From contig JACZRW010000001.1 in the NCBI GenBank assembly GCA_022574495.1, forward strand, positions 1 through 52,549: a stretch of DNA of 52,549 nt. Direction: 5' to 3'. Position 1 is the first letter of the stretch. Every line of letters starts with the position of its first letter. The notes beneath the pieces were generated by a model that saw only the letters and a program-made list of their open reading frames with translations, was not told where the DNA came from and did not search any database. This DNA comes from Patescibacteria group bacterium. Lineage in GTDB: Bacteria > Patescibacteriota > Microgenomatia > Woykebacterales > RBG-16-39-9b. Made by a program: the position numbers and the translations under genes. This document shows, one piece after another, positions 38,911 to 47,887 of the stretch.

Positions 38911-40755
38911 TCAGTATTTTATTGAAATGATTAATTCTTCGGGAATGTCTAATATAAATCTAGACACAACTCCTTCTGTCCTTGCCCCAAAATACAACCT
39001 TTTTTGAGTGTAAGTTAAATAAAGCTGATCTCTTGCGCGAGTTATTCCCACGTAACATAATCGTCTTTCTTCTTCAAGCTCGTAGTTATCGCCCATGGAT
39101 CGACTGTGTGGAAAAAGACCCTCCTCCATTCCAACCATAAATACCACCGGAAATTCCAGTCCTTTAGCAGCATGGAAAGTCATTAACGTTACTGTTTCCT
39201 TTCCATCAGAATCGATTTTTTTGTTCTTAGGCGAGTATTCTCTTTCTACTAGAGCAACATTTTCTAGAAAATCGGTAAGATTAGGGTATTCGGTGGCTAC
39301 ACTTCTTAGTTCCTTTACGTTTTCCACTCTCGCTGCGCCTTCGGTTGTCCCATCTTCGAGAAAGTCTAAATACTTTGTATCGGTCAATACAATATCGATG
39401 ATATCGATAGTTTGCAGTTGGACACTTTTTTCCTTTAAAGTTTTAATAATGCTCCAAAAACCCTTCACTTTTGGATTTTGGCTGTTTTGCAAAGCGGCTG
39501 GACCTATGCCTCGGGGTGGTGTATTTACAGCTCGCCTGAAACTTATTTGATCATCTGGGTTCACTAATAGTTTTAGATAGGCTGTTACATCTTTAATTTC
39601 TTTTCTTTCATAAAACCTAGTCCCTCCGACTAATGTGTAGGGCATTCCTGATCTAAGAAGCGCTTCTTCCAAAACTCGACTTTGGGAATTTGTCCGATAA
39701 AGGATCGCGAAACTTTTTAGATCAAAACCTTGGCTAGTTTTAATCAACCCTTCGATTGTTCTGATTATATATTCCGCTTCCTCCACCTCATCCTTACCTT
39801 CATAAAGTATTAAGGGTATCCCTTCTTGGTTTTTCGTCCATAGATTTAATACCGGATGAGAACGGTTTTTAGAAATTACGCTTGTGGCCGCCGTTAAAAT
39901 TTTCTTGGTGCTTCTGTAATTCTGCTCAAGGTTGAAAATTTTTCCTTCAGGGAAATCCTTTGAAAAGTTAAGAATATTTCGAAAATCCGCTCCCCTCCAA
40001 CCATAAATCGCTTGGGAAGCATCACCTACTACAAATAAATTCCTTTCCTTTTGGGCCAAGAGTTTGATGAAAGTATATTGAGCTTTATTGGTGTCTTGAT
40101 ATTCATCAACTAGTATATATTTCCAACGCCTTTGATATTTCTCTAACACCTCAGGATATTTTTGAAAAAGAACCACTGTATGAAAAAGCAAATCATCAAA
40201 ATCTAGAGCCTTACTTTTTTGCAGAGCTTTTTGATACTCGTTGTAAACTTTAGAGACAATTTCTTGGAAGTATCCCTTGGAAAAGCCTTGATACTCAGTG
40301 GGCCCGATAAGTTCACTTTTGGCAGATTCTATGGCCCCCTTCACCGATCCAGGAGTAAAATTCTTTGTGCTTATATCTAATTCCTTCATTACATCTTTAA
40401 CCAATTTCAGGCTGTCTGAATCGTCAAAAATTGTAAAATTAGGACTAATGCCGATAAATCCGCCAGACTCTCGAAGAATTTTGGCGTTGATTGAGTGAAA
40501 AGTGCCCATCCAAAGTGGAACTGTTTCCACCAACTTGCGAATTCTAACCTTCATTTCGTTCGCCGCTTTGTTGGTAAATGTTACAGATAAAATATCTGGA
40601 GGTGGTACTTTTAGTTCGTCAATCAAATAAGCGATTCTGTGGGTAATCACACGAGTTTTACCAGAGCCGGGTCCAGATAAAACAAGACTTGGGCCCTTTA
40701 TATATTTAACCGCTTGTTGTTGTGTTGAATTTAAATTCGCTAGAATTTTTTCCAC
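38911..40755 (-). CDS. pcrA: PcrA/UvrD ATP-dependent DNA helicase (likely GTG start at 40755)
   Basis: GPGSGKT, VDEYQDTN, LEQNYRST, HAAKGLEF and EERRLCYVGITRA motifs. Confidence 0.93.
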   Translation of the reverse strand: MEKILANLNSTQQQAVKYIKGPSLVLSGPGSGKTRVITHRIAYLIDELKVPPPDILSVTFTNKAANEMKVRIRKLVETVPLWMGTFHSINAKILRESGGFIGISPNFTIFDDSDSLKLVKDVMKELDISTKNFTPGSVKGAIESAKSELIGPTEYQGFSKGYFQEIVSKVYNEYQKALQKSKALDFDDLLFHTVVLFQKYPEVLEKYQRRWKYILVDEYQDTNKAQYTFIKLLAQKERNLFVVGDASQAIYGWRGADFRNILNFSKDFPEGKIFNLEQNYRSTKKILTAATSVISKNRSHPVLNLWTKNQEGIPLILYEGKDEVEEAEYIIRTIEGLIKTSQGFDLKSFAILYRTNSQSRVLEEALLRSGMPYTLVGGTRFYERKEIKDVTAYLKLLVNPDDQISFRRAVNTPPRGIGPAALQNSQNPKVKGFWSIIKTLKEKSVQLQTIDIIDIVLTDTKYLDFLEDGTTEGAARVENVKELRSVATEYPNLTDFLENVALVEREYSPKNKKIDSDGKETVTLMTFHAAKGLEFPVVFMVGMEEGLFPHSRSMGDNYELEEERRLCYVGITRARDQLYLTYTQKRLYFGARTEGVVSRFILDIPEELIISIKY

Positions 40756-40833
40756 ATCAACTATATTACCACAGCAAAAAATTGTGAAATCAGTAACAAA
40801 AATCAAAAATCATTATGCTATACTTTGTTTACT

Positions 40834-41100
40834 ATGGTTGAATTACTTGACTTTTATGCAGATTGGTGCGGCCCCTGTAAAATAATGGAACCAATTATGG
40901 AAGAACTGGAAAAAGAAATGGGTGATAAAGTAAAAATCACCAAAATTGATGTTGACCAAAAACAAGAAGAAGCAAGTAAATACGGGGTGATGAGTATACC
41001 CACCTATATAATTTTGAAGGATAGTAAAGAGGTGGATAGATTCATTGGAGCCACCAGCAAAGAAAACGTTGTTCAAAAACTTAAACCTCACCTGTCATAA
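40834..41100 (+). CDS. trxA: Thioredoxin
   Basis: DFYADWCGPCK and SIPT motifs. Confidence 0.93.
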   Translation: MVELLDFYADWCGPCKIMEPIMEELEKEMGDKVKITKIDVDQKQEEASKYGVMSIPTYIILKDSKEVDRFIGATSKENVVQKLKPHLS

Positions 41101-41254
41101 AATTTTTTTTGAAAAAAATTCGCACTCGTAACTTCCAAACTTGAGGTTTTTTAGCTACTTGTGCCTTGAGCGTACTTGGCGAATAATAAAATATTAAGTT
41201 TTCAAGTTTTTATACCCTCGACTAACCACTATCATTTAGAATAAAATAGTTATT

Positions 41255-42259
41255 ATGAAGTCGATAAAAGAAGCTGATGTATCTGGTAAAAGAGTAATTG
41301 TGCGTTGTGATTTTGACGTGCCTGTTAATGACGGAAAAATTGGAGATGATACCAGAATAAACGATAGTATACCGACATTGAAGTATTTGTTGGGTAAAGG
41401 AGCGAAGCTATTTCTTATTTCTAAAATTGGACGGCCAAAGTTTAGAGACCCTAGTTTGAGTTTTAAGTTAATCTTACCCAAAGTCTCAGAAAAATTAGGT
41501 AAGGAAGTTGTATTAAAAGAAAATGTTGAGGGTGATTCTTCTGAAGAAGTAATTTTGTTGGAAAACATTCGGTTTTGGCCCGAGGAGAAAAAAAACGATC
41601 TTGAATTTGGTAAAAAATTAGCCTCGTTTGGCGATATTTACGTAAATGAATGTTTTGCTACCTCCCACCGAACAGATGCTTCTATTGTCGGTATCCCCAA
41701 AATATTACCCGCGTTTGCAGGATTAAATTTAATTAAGGAAGTAAACGAACTAGAAAAGATCTTGAAAGATCATGAAAAACCATTGGTAGCCATAGTTGGC
41801 GGTGCGAAGCTAGAAACTAAACTCCCTGCGATTAACAATTTAGCAAAGGTTTCTGATAGAGTTTTGGTTGGTGGGAGACTAATGTTTGAAGTAGAACGCC
41901 AAACTCTGCCTGATAATGTTGTTATTGCCCCGGATGATATTGACCAGAAAGATATAGGCCCAAAATCGGTGGATTCTTTTAGAAAAATAATTCAAGAAGC
42001 CAAAACAATTGTTTGGAATGGTCCCATGGGTGTTTTTGAGGAAGAAAAATATTCGGACGGTACCAAACAAATCGCAGAAGCAGTGGCCTTAGCTGACGCA
42101 CATACTATAATTGGAGGTGGAGATACGGTTGCAGCTGTAGATAAATATAATTTGCTTGGTAAAATAGATTATGTATCCACTGGAGGTGGGGCAATGCTTG
42201 ACTTTTTATCCGGAAAAAAACTGCCCGGTTTAATCGCTTTGGGGTATTACGATGATTAA
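41255..42259 (+). CDS. pgk: Phosphoglycerate kinase (compact form)
   Basis: RCDFDVP, LLENIRF, WNGPMGVFE, GGGDT and STGGGA motifs. Confidence 0.95.
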   Translation: MKSIKEADVSGKRVIVRCDFDVPVNDGKIGDDTRINDSIPTLKYLLGKGAKLFLISKIGRPKFRDPSLSFKLILPKVSEKLGKEVVLKENVEGDSSEEVILLENIRFWPEEKKNDLEFGKKLASFGDIYVNECFATSHRTDASIVGIPKILPAFAGLNLIKEVNELEKILKDHEKPLVAIVGGAKLETKLPAINNLAKVSDRVLVGGRLMFEVERQTLPDNVVIAPDDIDQKDIGPKSVDSFRKIIQEAKTIVWNGPMGVFEEEKYSDGTKQIAEAVALADAHTIIGGGDTVAAVDKYNLLGKIDYVSTGGGAMLDFLSGKKLPGLIALGYYDD

Positions 42260-42794
42260 AAAATGGAAAATATTAGAGTCAAAAGAAATCTATTCTTCAC
42301 ATTTTATCACCCTCAAGGAAGAAAAACTGGAAAGACCAGACGGTAAGATAGTTACGCCTTATTATGCCATTGAAAGACCGGACGTTGTATATGTAATCGC
42401 ATTGACTAAAAATATAGAAATTGTTTTAGTTTACCAATATAAGAATGGGATAAAAGATCTTGTTTTGGAGTTGCCAGCGGGATTTGTTGATAAAGGAGAA
42501 TCACCAAAAGAAGCAGCAAAAAGAGAGCTTTTAGAAGAGACAGGTTATTCAGGGAAAGGTTTCACCAAGATTGGTGGGTTTAACTCAGGAGCTGGCCTTT
42601 CGCGTAACACAAATTATTTTTATGTAGTTAAAGATGTAGAGAAAACATCAGAACAAAATTTAGATGAGAATGAGGAAATCGATGTTAAAGTCTTTCCCTT
42701 TAATAAAATATTATTTAATATAAAGAATTGGAATAGTATACTGCCTGAGGTGCAATCCCAACTTGGGATTTTACTAGCGGAGAAGCTTATATGA
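42252..42794 (+). CDS. Nudix hydrolase (ADP-ribose pyrophosphatase-like)
   Basis: Nudix box ELPAG.VDKGESPKEAAKRELLEETG. Confidence 0.92.
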   Translation: MIKKWKILESKEIYSSHFITLKEEKLERPDGKIVTPYYAIERPDVVYVIALTKNIEIVLVYQYKNGIKDLVLELPAGFVDKGESPKEAAKRELLEETGYSGKGFTKIGGFNSGAGLSRNTNYFYVVKDVEKTSEQNLDENEEIDVKVFPFNKILFNIKNWNSILPEVQSQLGILLAEKLI

Positions 42795-43501
42795 AAAAAC
42801 CAATTGTAATAGCAAACTGGAAAGCAACAAAAACTATTAAAGAAACAGTTGAATGGATAAAAAACACTAAATCGGATTTGGAAAAGAGCAACGACGCAGA
42901 TATAATAATTTGCCCGCCATTTCCCTCATTATCTATCGCAGCATCGTTATTAAAAGACACAAATGTAAAAGTGGGAGCTCAAGATGTATCAAAATTTAAG
43001 AAAGGTGCTTATACAGGGGAGATTACCGCAGAAATGCTTGATGGTTTAGTGGAGTATTGTATTATTGGCCACTCAGAGAGAAGAAAACATTTTGGTGAGA
43101 CAGATGACGATGTTATAGAAAAAGTAAAAAACCTTTTGGAATACTCAATTACCCCCATTCTTTGTGTTAGTAACCTAGATCAGCTAGATTCGTATTTAGA
43201 AAGAGGTGAGATAGTAGTTGACTCAGCAGAAAAGATTATTTTCGTTTATGAACCTCCAGATGCAATTTCTGGAGGTGGGGCCTACAAGCCAAATTCACTT
43301 GAAGATGCGAATGAAAAAGCAGGTAATATTGGAGAAAAGATAGGTAAAAAAGTTACTACGTTGTACGGAGGTAGCATAAATCCAGACAACGCACCTTCAT
43401 TTTTTTCTAAGGAAAATATTGATGGTGGTCTTATTGGTCAAGCAAGTACAGACCCAAAGACTTTTCTTGAAATAATCAACAGTACTTATAACCCTACCTA
43501 A
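42791..43501 (+). CDS. tpiA: Triosephosphate isomerase
   Basis: ANWK, GAYTGE, GHSERR, YEP, LYGGS and DGGLIG.AS motifs. Confidence 0.93.
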   Translation: MKKPIVIANWKATKTIKETVEWIKNTKSDLEKSNDADIIICPPFPSLSIAASLLKDTNVKVGAQDVSKFKKGAYTGEITAEMLDGLVEYCIIGHSERRKHFGETDDDVIEKVKNLLEYSITPILCVSNLDQLDSYLERGEIVVDSAEKIIFVYEPPDAISGGGAYKPNSLEDANEKAGNIGEKIGKKVTTLYGGSINPDNAPSFFSKENIDGGLIGQASTDPKTFLEIINSTYNPT

Positions 43502-43513
43502 GCAAATAATAAT

Positions 43514-44674
43514 ATGAAGTATGTAGATCTTGGGGCTCCCTCGTATAAAGACGAGAAAAAAGAAAAAAAGAAAAAAATTGTAAAATTTACAATAGCCGCT
43601 CTTCTTCTGAGCATTGTATTGTATGGTGGTTATTTATTTTATTGGCCTATCTCTCAGCTTATAAAGGAAATAATTAACAATCCGGGTATAGTGTTCTCCC
43701 TTATAAAAGACCCACTCGGAGATTTGGATTCTACCGATGGTAGAACTAATATTTTACTTTTGGGTATAGATAAAAGAGAAGGTACGCCGTTTTCTTATAA
43801 AGACCAAGAAGGTATTACCCACAAAAATGGATTTCTGACAGACACCATCATTGTTTTATCAGTTGGTAAAGAAACAAAAGATGCAGTAATGATTTCTATA
43901 CCTAGAGACATTTGGGTAGAGATCCCAGGTTGGGATGATTACCCGGATAGTGCCGGTAAGATAAATTCAGTATATTCGGTTGGTAATATTCAGGATTATC
44001 CTGGAGGGGGTTTAGAATTAGCCAAAAAGGTTGTTTCAAAAAATCTAGGTATACCAATTCATTATGCTACCAGAATAGATTTTGGAGGTTTTAGAAATAC
44101 AATAAACACCCTTGAGGGGATTGAAGTTAAAGTGGATAAGACCTTCGATGACTATAACTACCCTGTTGAGGGAAAGGAAAACGCCGTTTGTTCGGACGGA
44201 TCCTTTTCCTGTAGATATAAACGCATTCATTTTGACGCTGGCTTGCAGAAAATGGACGGAGAAACTGCACTTGTGTATGTCCGTTCTAGAAAAGGAACAA
44301 ACGGAGAAGGTAATGATTTTGCAAGAGCAGCCCGGCAGCAAAAAGTTTTAGTTGCGGTGCGAAAAAAAGCTTTATCATTGTCAAATTTATTGGAACCAAA
44401 TAAAGTAAATAACTTGTTTAAAGATTTTGGAGAGTCAGTTGAGACTGACTTTAGTTTAAATTTATACCCAGCTGCACTGCAGTTATTTAAGGGAGTAGAT
44501 ACTTCGGCTATAAAGAATCTGGTACTAGACAATACCAAAGATGGTTATTTGTATTCTCCAAACCCAGCCCAATACGGTGGTGCCTACGTGCTGTTACCTA
44601 AAGGTGAGAATTGGGAAAAAATACAGAAAAAAATACACAGTTTCCTATTTCCCCCAAAGGAAAATTCGGAATGA
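43514..44674 (+). CDS. LCP (LytR-CpsA-Psr) family glycopolymer transferase
   Basis: NILLLGID, TDTI, SIPRD, KINS and DFARAARQQKV motifs. Confidence 0.93.
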   Translation: MKYVDLGAPSYKDEKKEKKKKIVKFTIAALLLSIVLYGGYLFYWPISQLIKEIINNPGIVFSLIKDPLGDLDSTDGRTNILLLGIDKREGTPFSYKDQEGITHKNGFLTDTIIVLSVGKETKDAVMISIPRDIWVEIPGWDDYPDSAGKINSVYSVGNIQDYPGGGLELAKKVVSKNLGIPIHYATRIDFGGFRNTINTLEGIEVKVDKTFDDYNYPVEGKENAVCSDGSFSCRYKRIHFDAGLQKMDGETALVYVRSRKGTNGEGNDFARAARQQKVLVAVRKKALSLSNLLEPNKVNNLFKDFGESVETDFSLNLYPAALQLFKGVDTSAIKNLVLDNTKDGYLYSPNPAQYGGAYVLLPKGENWEKIQKKIHSFLFPPKENSE

Positions 44675-45315
44675 AATATATTATTCATGGAGATGATTTA
44701 ACTTCCTCCAGGAAGTACCTAGAGGTTCTTAAAAATAAATACCAAGAATCCATAACCTTGGAAGGGGAAAGGCTTAACTTGGAAAATTTTTCGGAAGTAG
44801 CCTTAAACTCATCCTTGTTTTTAAAAAAAACGGTAATAATTATAGAAAATTATTCTGGATCCGAAAAAATATTTGAAGTTAGTACTTTGCATGATGTAGT
44901 ATTTTGGTGGTCAAAGACCATAATTAAGATCCCTAAAGTTGATAAAATCGTTTTATTTAAAAATCAACAGGCTTATGGGATTTTTAAATTTGCAGATACA
45001 GTAGGTTTGAAACAAGAAAAAACCTCTCTGCTCCTACTTAACGGGTTGTTTGAAGAAAGAGTTCCTCCAGAAAAAATAATCTCAATCCTCACTAGACAAT
45101 TTAAACTTATCACCCAGGTTTTGGATGGGAGTATAGATAAAGTGAGTAAGAGTGATTTTGTCCGAAATAAAATTGAATCTCAAGCAAAAGATTGGAATTT
45201 GAAAAAAATTCACGGAGCACTTACGCTATTGTTTCTTACAGATATTAAAATCAAAAAAGGTGAGGTAAAGCCGGTGTCAGCGCTTACTTTTTTAACTCAC
45301 CAACTCTGCTCTTAA
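44671..45315 (+). CDS. holA: DNA polymerase III delta subunit-like protein (short HolA)
   Basis: IIHGDD start coupled to the LCP stop; IFKFAD and LFLTDIKIKKG; near rpsT. Confidence 0.7.
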   Translation: MKYIIHGDDLTSSRKYLEVLKNKYQESITLEGERLNLENFSEVALNSSLFLKKTVIIIENYSGSEKIFEVSTLHDVVFWWSKTIIKIPKVDKIVLFKNQQAYGIFKFADTVGLKQEKTSLLLLNGLFEERVPPEKIISILTRQFKLITQVLDGSIDKVSKSDFVRNKIESQAKDWNLKKIHGALTLLFLTDIKIKKGEVKPVSALTFLTHQLCS

Positions 45316-45328
45316 GTTATCATAAAGC

Positions 45329-45811
45329 CTATTTTTTGGCATCAAAAAACGGAGAAAGTAAAGCGGTTTTTACAGGTTCAAAAAGTTCACCATCAATACT
45401 ATCCATATGTTTACCTTCAGACACTATTTTGTAATAATAGTAAGTATCAGGATTCAAATTGGTTAAGGTAACTGTGTGTTCTTTAGTCTCGTATTCAAGT
45501 ATTTTTTCACTCATAACTTTATTATCATAAGCTTTTTGGTATAAACTTTCGGGAGAGCGTCCGTATAGAATGTAGCCGTTAGCACTAGTGGTTGTTTTCC
45601 AAGTAACAGTAAAGGATTGGTTACTTATGTTCGTAACAGATAACAAACTTGGTTCTGGTATACTTCCAAAGCGCAGAAAATCTTTTGCCCAGAAGAAGGA
45701 GAAAAAAAGTACCGTTGCGATTAAAATAAAGCTAAAGAAACCTATGATATTCTCAGTTTTGGAACTGTTATCAAAATGATAATTTTGTACAGATAGGCCT
45801 TCTGTTGTCAT
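45329..45811 (-). CDS. TM-anchored fibronectin type III / PAP-N-like domain protein
   Basis: VTNIS..SFTVTW.T, G.I.YG and H.VTLTNL.PDT.YYY.I motifs. Confidence 0.8.
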   Translation of the reverse strand: MTTEGLSVQNYHFDNSSKTENIIGFFSFILIATVLFFSFFWAKDFLRFGSIPEPSLLSVTNISNQSFTVTWKTTTSANGYILYGRSPESLYQKAYDNKVMSEKILEYETKEHTVTLTNLNPDTYYYYKIVSEGKHMDSIDGELFEPVKTALLSPFFDAKK

Positions 45812-45841
45812 TTGGGCAGAGTTTGTTTAGCTTTGGGTTAC

Positions 45842-46027
45842 CTATTTTACGCTACTTTCCAACTCCTCAATTAACTCTAAGTTTAGAGTTGGGTCTAAAG
45901 GTTCTATTTGTTTCTTAGTTGCTTCAGGAAGTGTAGACTTTAAAAAAGTTTGTGCAAGCACTACAATCACAACACTTAGCAGTGTAATTAATGTTAAAGT
46001 TAGAACTGTAATTAGATTCCTAGACAT
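45842..46027 (-). CDS. Small single-TM protein in the pil locus
   Basis: TM followed by IEPLDPTLN; downstream of pilO. Confidence 0.65.
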   Translation of the reverse strand: MSRNLITVLTLTLITLLSVVIVVLAQTFLKSTLPEATKKQIEPLDPTLNLELIEELESSVK

Positions 46028-46067
46028 AATTTATTAATTAGGTTCCACTACAATCAGGTACAGTTGA

Positions 46068-46682
46068 TTAGTTTTTAGACCCTTCGATTGGAGTGGTAGC
46101 AACCGTATCACCCAGATAATATACAGTGGCTTGCAGAGACGCTGCCAGTTTGGATCCATCTTCACTTATTGATATTTGGGTGAAGTTAGTTGTTCGTATT
46201 AGTTTTTCCATTTCTTCAACGAACTTTTGAATGTTTGAAAATTTACCTTCTACTGTAATAGTATAATCAACTTGTCTTACCGAAAGGTTCTCTTTATTTT
46301 TAGGCAAGGAGACTGGTACGTCAGCAAATTGGATTGACGCTAAAGTGGTTTTATTTCGTTTTGCTGCATTCTCAATCTGTCTTAAATATTTATCAACCGC
46401 ACTACCAGTTGGTAGGGCATCGTCTGCTATTTTTAGACGATCTTTTAGATTTTCGTAATTTGCCTCTGCCTCCCCCAGCGCAATTATTTTTTCCTGAAGT
46501 TTATTATCAACGTCTCTACCTTTAGCGATCTCGTTGTTTAATTTTAATATGTGATTAACAGCAGGAAATACCAATAAAATTAATAAAATTAACAATCCGA
46601 GAGTTAATACCACGCTCAAGTAACTCTTTTGTACAGGAGTAGCACTATTATATTGGGTTATTGCTTGTCGATATAATTGCAT
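46068..46682 (-). CDS. pilO: Type IV pilus assembly protein PilO-like
   Basis: TM, coiled coil, ALP, and V.GKFSNIQKFVEEMEKLIR motif. Confidence 0.8.
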   Translation of the reverse strand: MQLYRQAITQYNSATPVQKSYLSVVLTLGLLILLILLVFPAVNHILKLNNEIAKGRDVDNKLQEKIIALGEAEANYENLKDRLKIADDALPTGSAVDKYLRQIENAAKRNKTTLASIQFADVPVSLPKNKENLSVRQVDYTITVEGKFSNIQKFVEEMEKLIRTTNFTQISISEDGSKLAASLQATVYYLGDTVATTPIEGSKN

Positions 46683-46685
46683 ATA

Positions 46686-47354
46686 TTATTGAGTGGTTGT
46701 TTTCTCCTCCATCAAGCTCTTTTCTGTATCGCTACTACTATTTTCGGTATCAGGAGGTTGATCAACTGCCTTACTCTTACCTGTAAAAGCGGTACTAACC
46801 AAAAGAGTTTTGGCGCTGAAAGTGAATTTTGGATCTTCGACTGATGGGGAGTTAAGCTCGTCAATCTCCAACGAAACCAGCTTATTTGAACTATTGAAGG
46901 AATTTATTAGAGTGTGTAACTGAGCTGCTGTTGGAAACGAACCACTGAATGAAATTTCAGTTTGAGATATACTTAAATCTGTTAGCTTAATCCCTTGGGG
47001 TAAAAGCTTATTGAATTCCTCTACGGCGAGGTAGCTCTTGAAATGGCGATTTCTTAAATCATTGATATTGTTTAATTTAGCTTGTACTTCTCTGAATTCA
47101 CGCTCGAATCCTGCTTTACTATCTATCGATTGTTGAGCGTTTTCTATACTTTTGTTAAGATTATTCTTGTCGATAGTGAGCTTTAGGCTTAGACCAAACG
47201 TGGCCAGGGCAACTATCTCGGTCCCAATTATTAGGTATCTACCAATAGTAAGTACCCAGTGGATAGTCTCTCCTAATACCCCGCCAATTTCCTCCTTGGG
47301 CATCAGATTAATATTTATTCCTTGATTTTGATCTTTTCGGGCAGCGCGGACCAT
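46686..47354 (-). CDS. pilN: Type IV pilus assembly protein PilN-like
   Basis: ININLMP, TM, coiled coil and LPQGIKLTDLS.....FSG motif. Confidence 0.8.
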   Translation of the reverse strand: MVRAARKDQNQGININLMPKEEIGGVLGETIHWVLTIGRYLIIGTEIVALATFGLSLKLTIDKNNLNKSIENAQQSIDSKAGFEREFREVQAKLNNINDLRNRHFKSYLAVEEFNKLLPQGIKLTDLSISQTEISFSGSFPTAAQLHTLINSFNSSNKLVSLEIDELNSPSVEDPKFTFSAKTLLVSTAFTGKSKAVDQPPDTENSSSDTEKSLMEEKTTTQ

Positions 47355-47399
47355 TGAGTTTAGTATAACACCATTAAAATAGCCTTGACAATTGTTTTT

Positions 47400-47684
47400 C
47401 TAGCTTTTGCTTTTAGCTTTACTTTTTCCTTTTACAGTACTTGTAGTTTTAGCCGCTATTTTTTTAGAAAGTAGGGATTTTTTTCTGTTAGCGGTGTTCT
47501 TGTGGATAAGACCTCTTTTTGCCGCTTTGTCTATCAGAGAATAGGTTTTATTAACCAGCTCTGAGCTAGGGTTTTCGTACGCTTCTTTAGTCAATTGTTT
47601 CAGTTCTGCATTAAGGACCCTATTAATAGCCCTTTTTTTTGCATCCTGCTTCATCTTTTTTATCGCAGATTTTGTTAGTGGCAC
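47400..47684 (-). CDS. rpsT: 30S ribosomal protein S20
   Basis: P.TKSAIKK...N and IDKAAKRGLIHKNTANRKKS motifs. Confidence 0.96.
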   Translation of the reverse strand: MPLTKSAIKKMKQDAKKRAINRVLNAELKQLTKEAYENPSSELVNKTYSLIDKAAKRGLIHKNTANRKKSLLSKKIAAKTTSTVKGKSKAKSKS

Positions 47685-47887
47685 AAAGCTCCTTTGTTAC
47701 GTTTAAAATGACGCTCACTTTGTTGTAAAATCATAGTGACCCTGACCGCTATAGCCTGCGGCATCAAGTGTTGGTAGGCGGGCGACGTTTTCTCACCCAG
47801 ATTTGATCGGGGTTCGAATATAAACTCGCGTAATATTAACAAAATATTGAGCAACCTGCAAGTTGCTGATATACTTTAGTTCGTCTT

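Noticed and set aside
45842..47354. pilN-pilO without pilM as a novel system
   Set aside because: pilM may simply be elsewhere in the genome; split pil loci are unremarkable.
47805..47830. GGTTCGAAT as part of a tRNA or tmRNA
   Set aside because: No T-stem closure, acceptor stem or CCA end; kept only as part of the structured RNA candidate.
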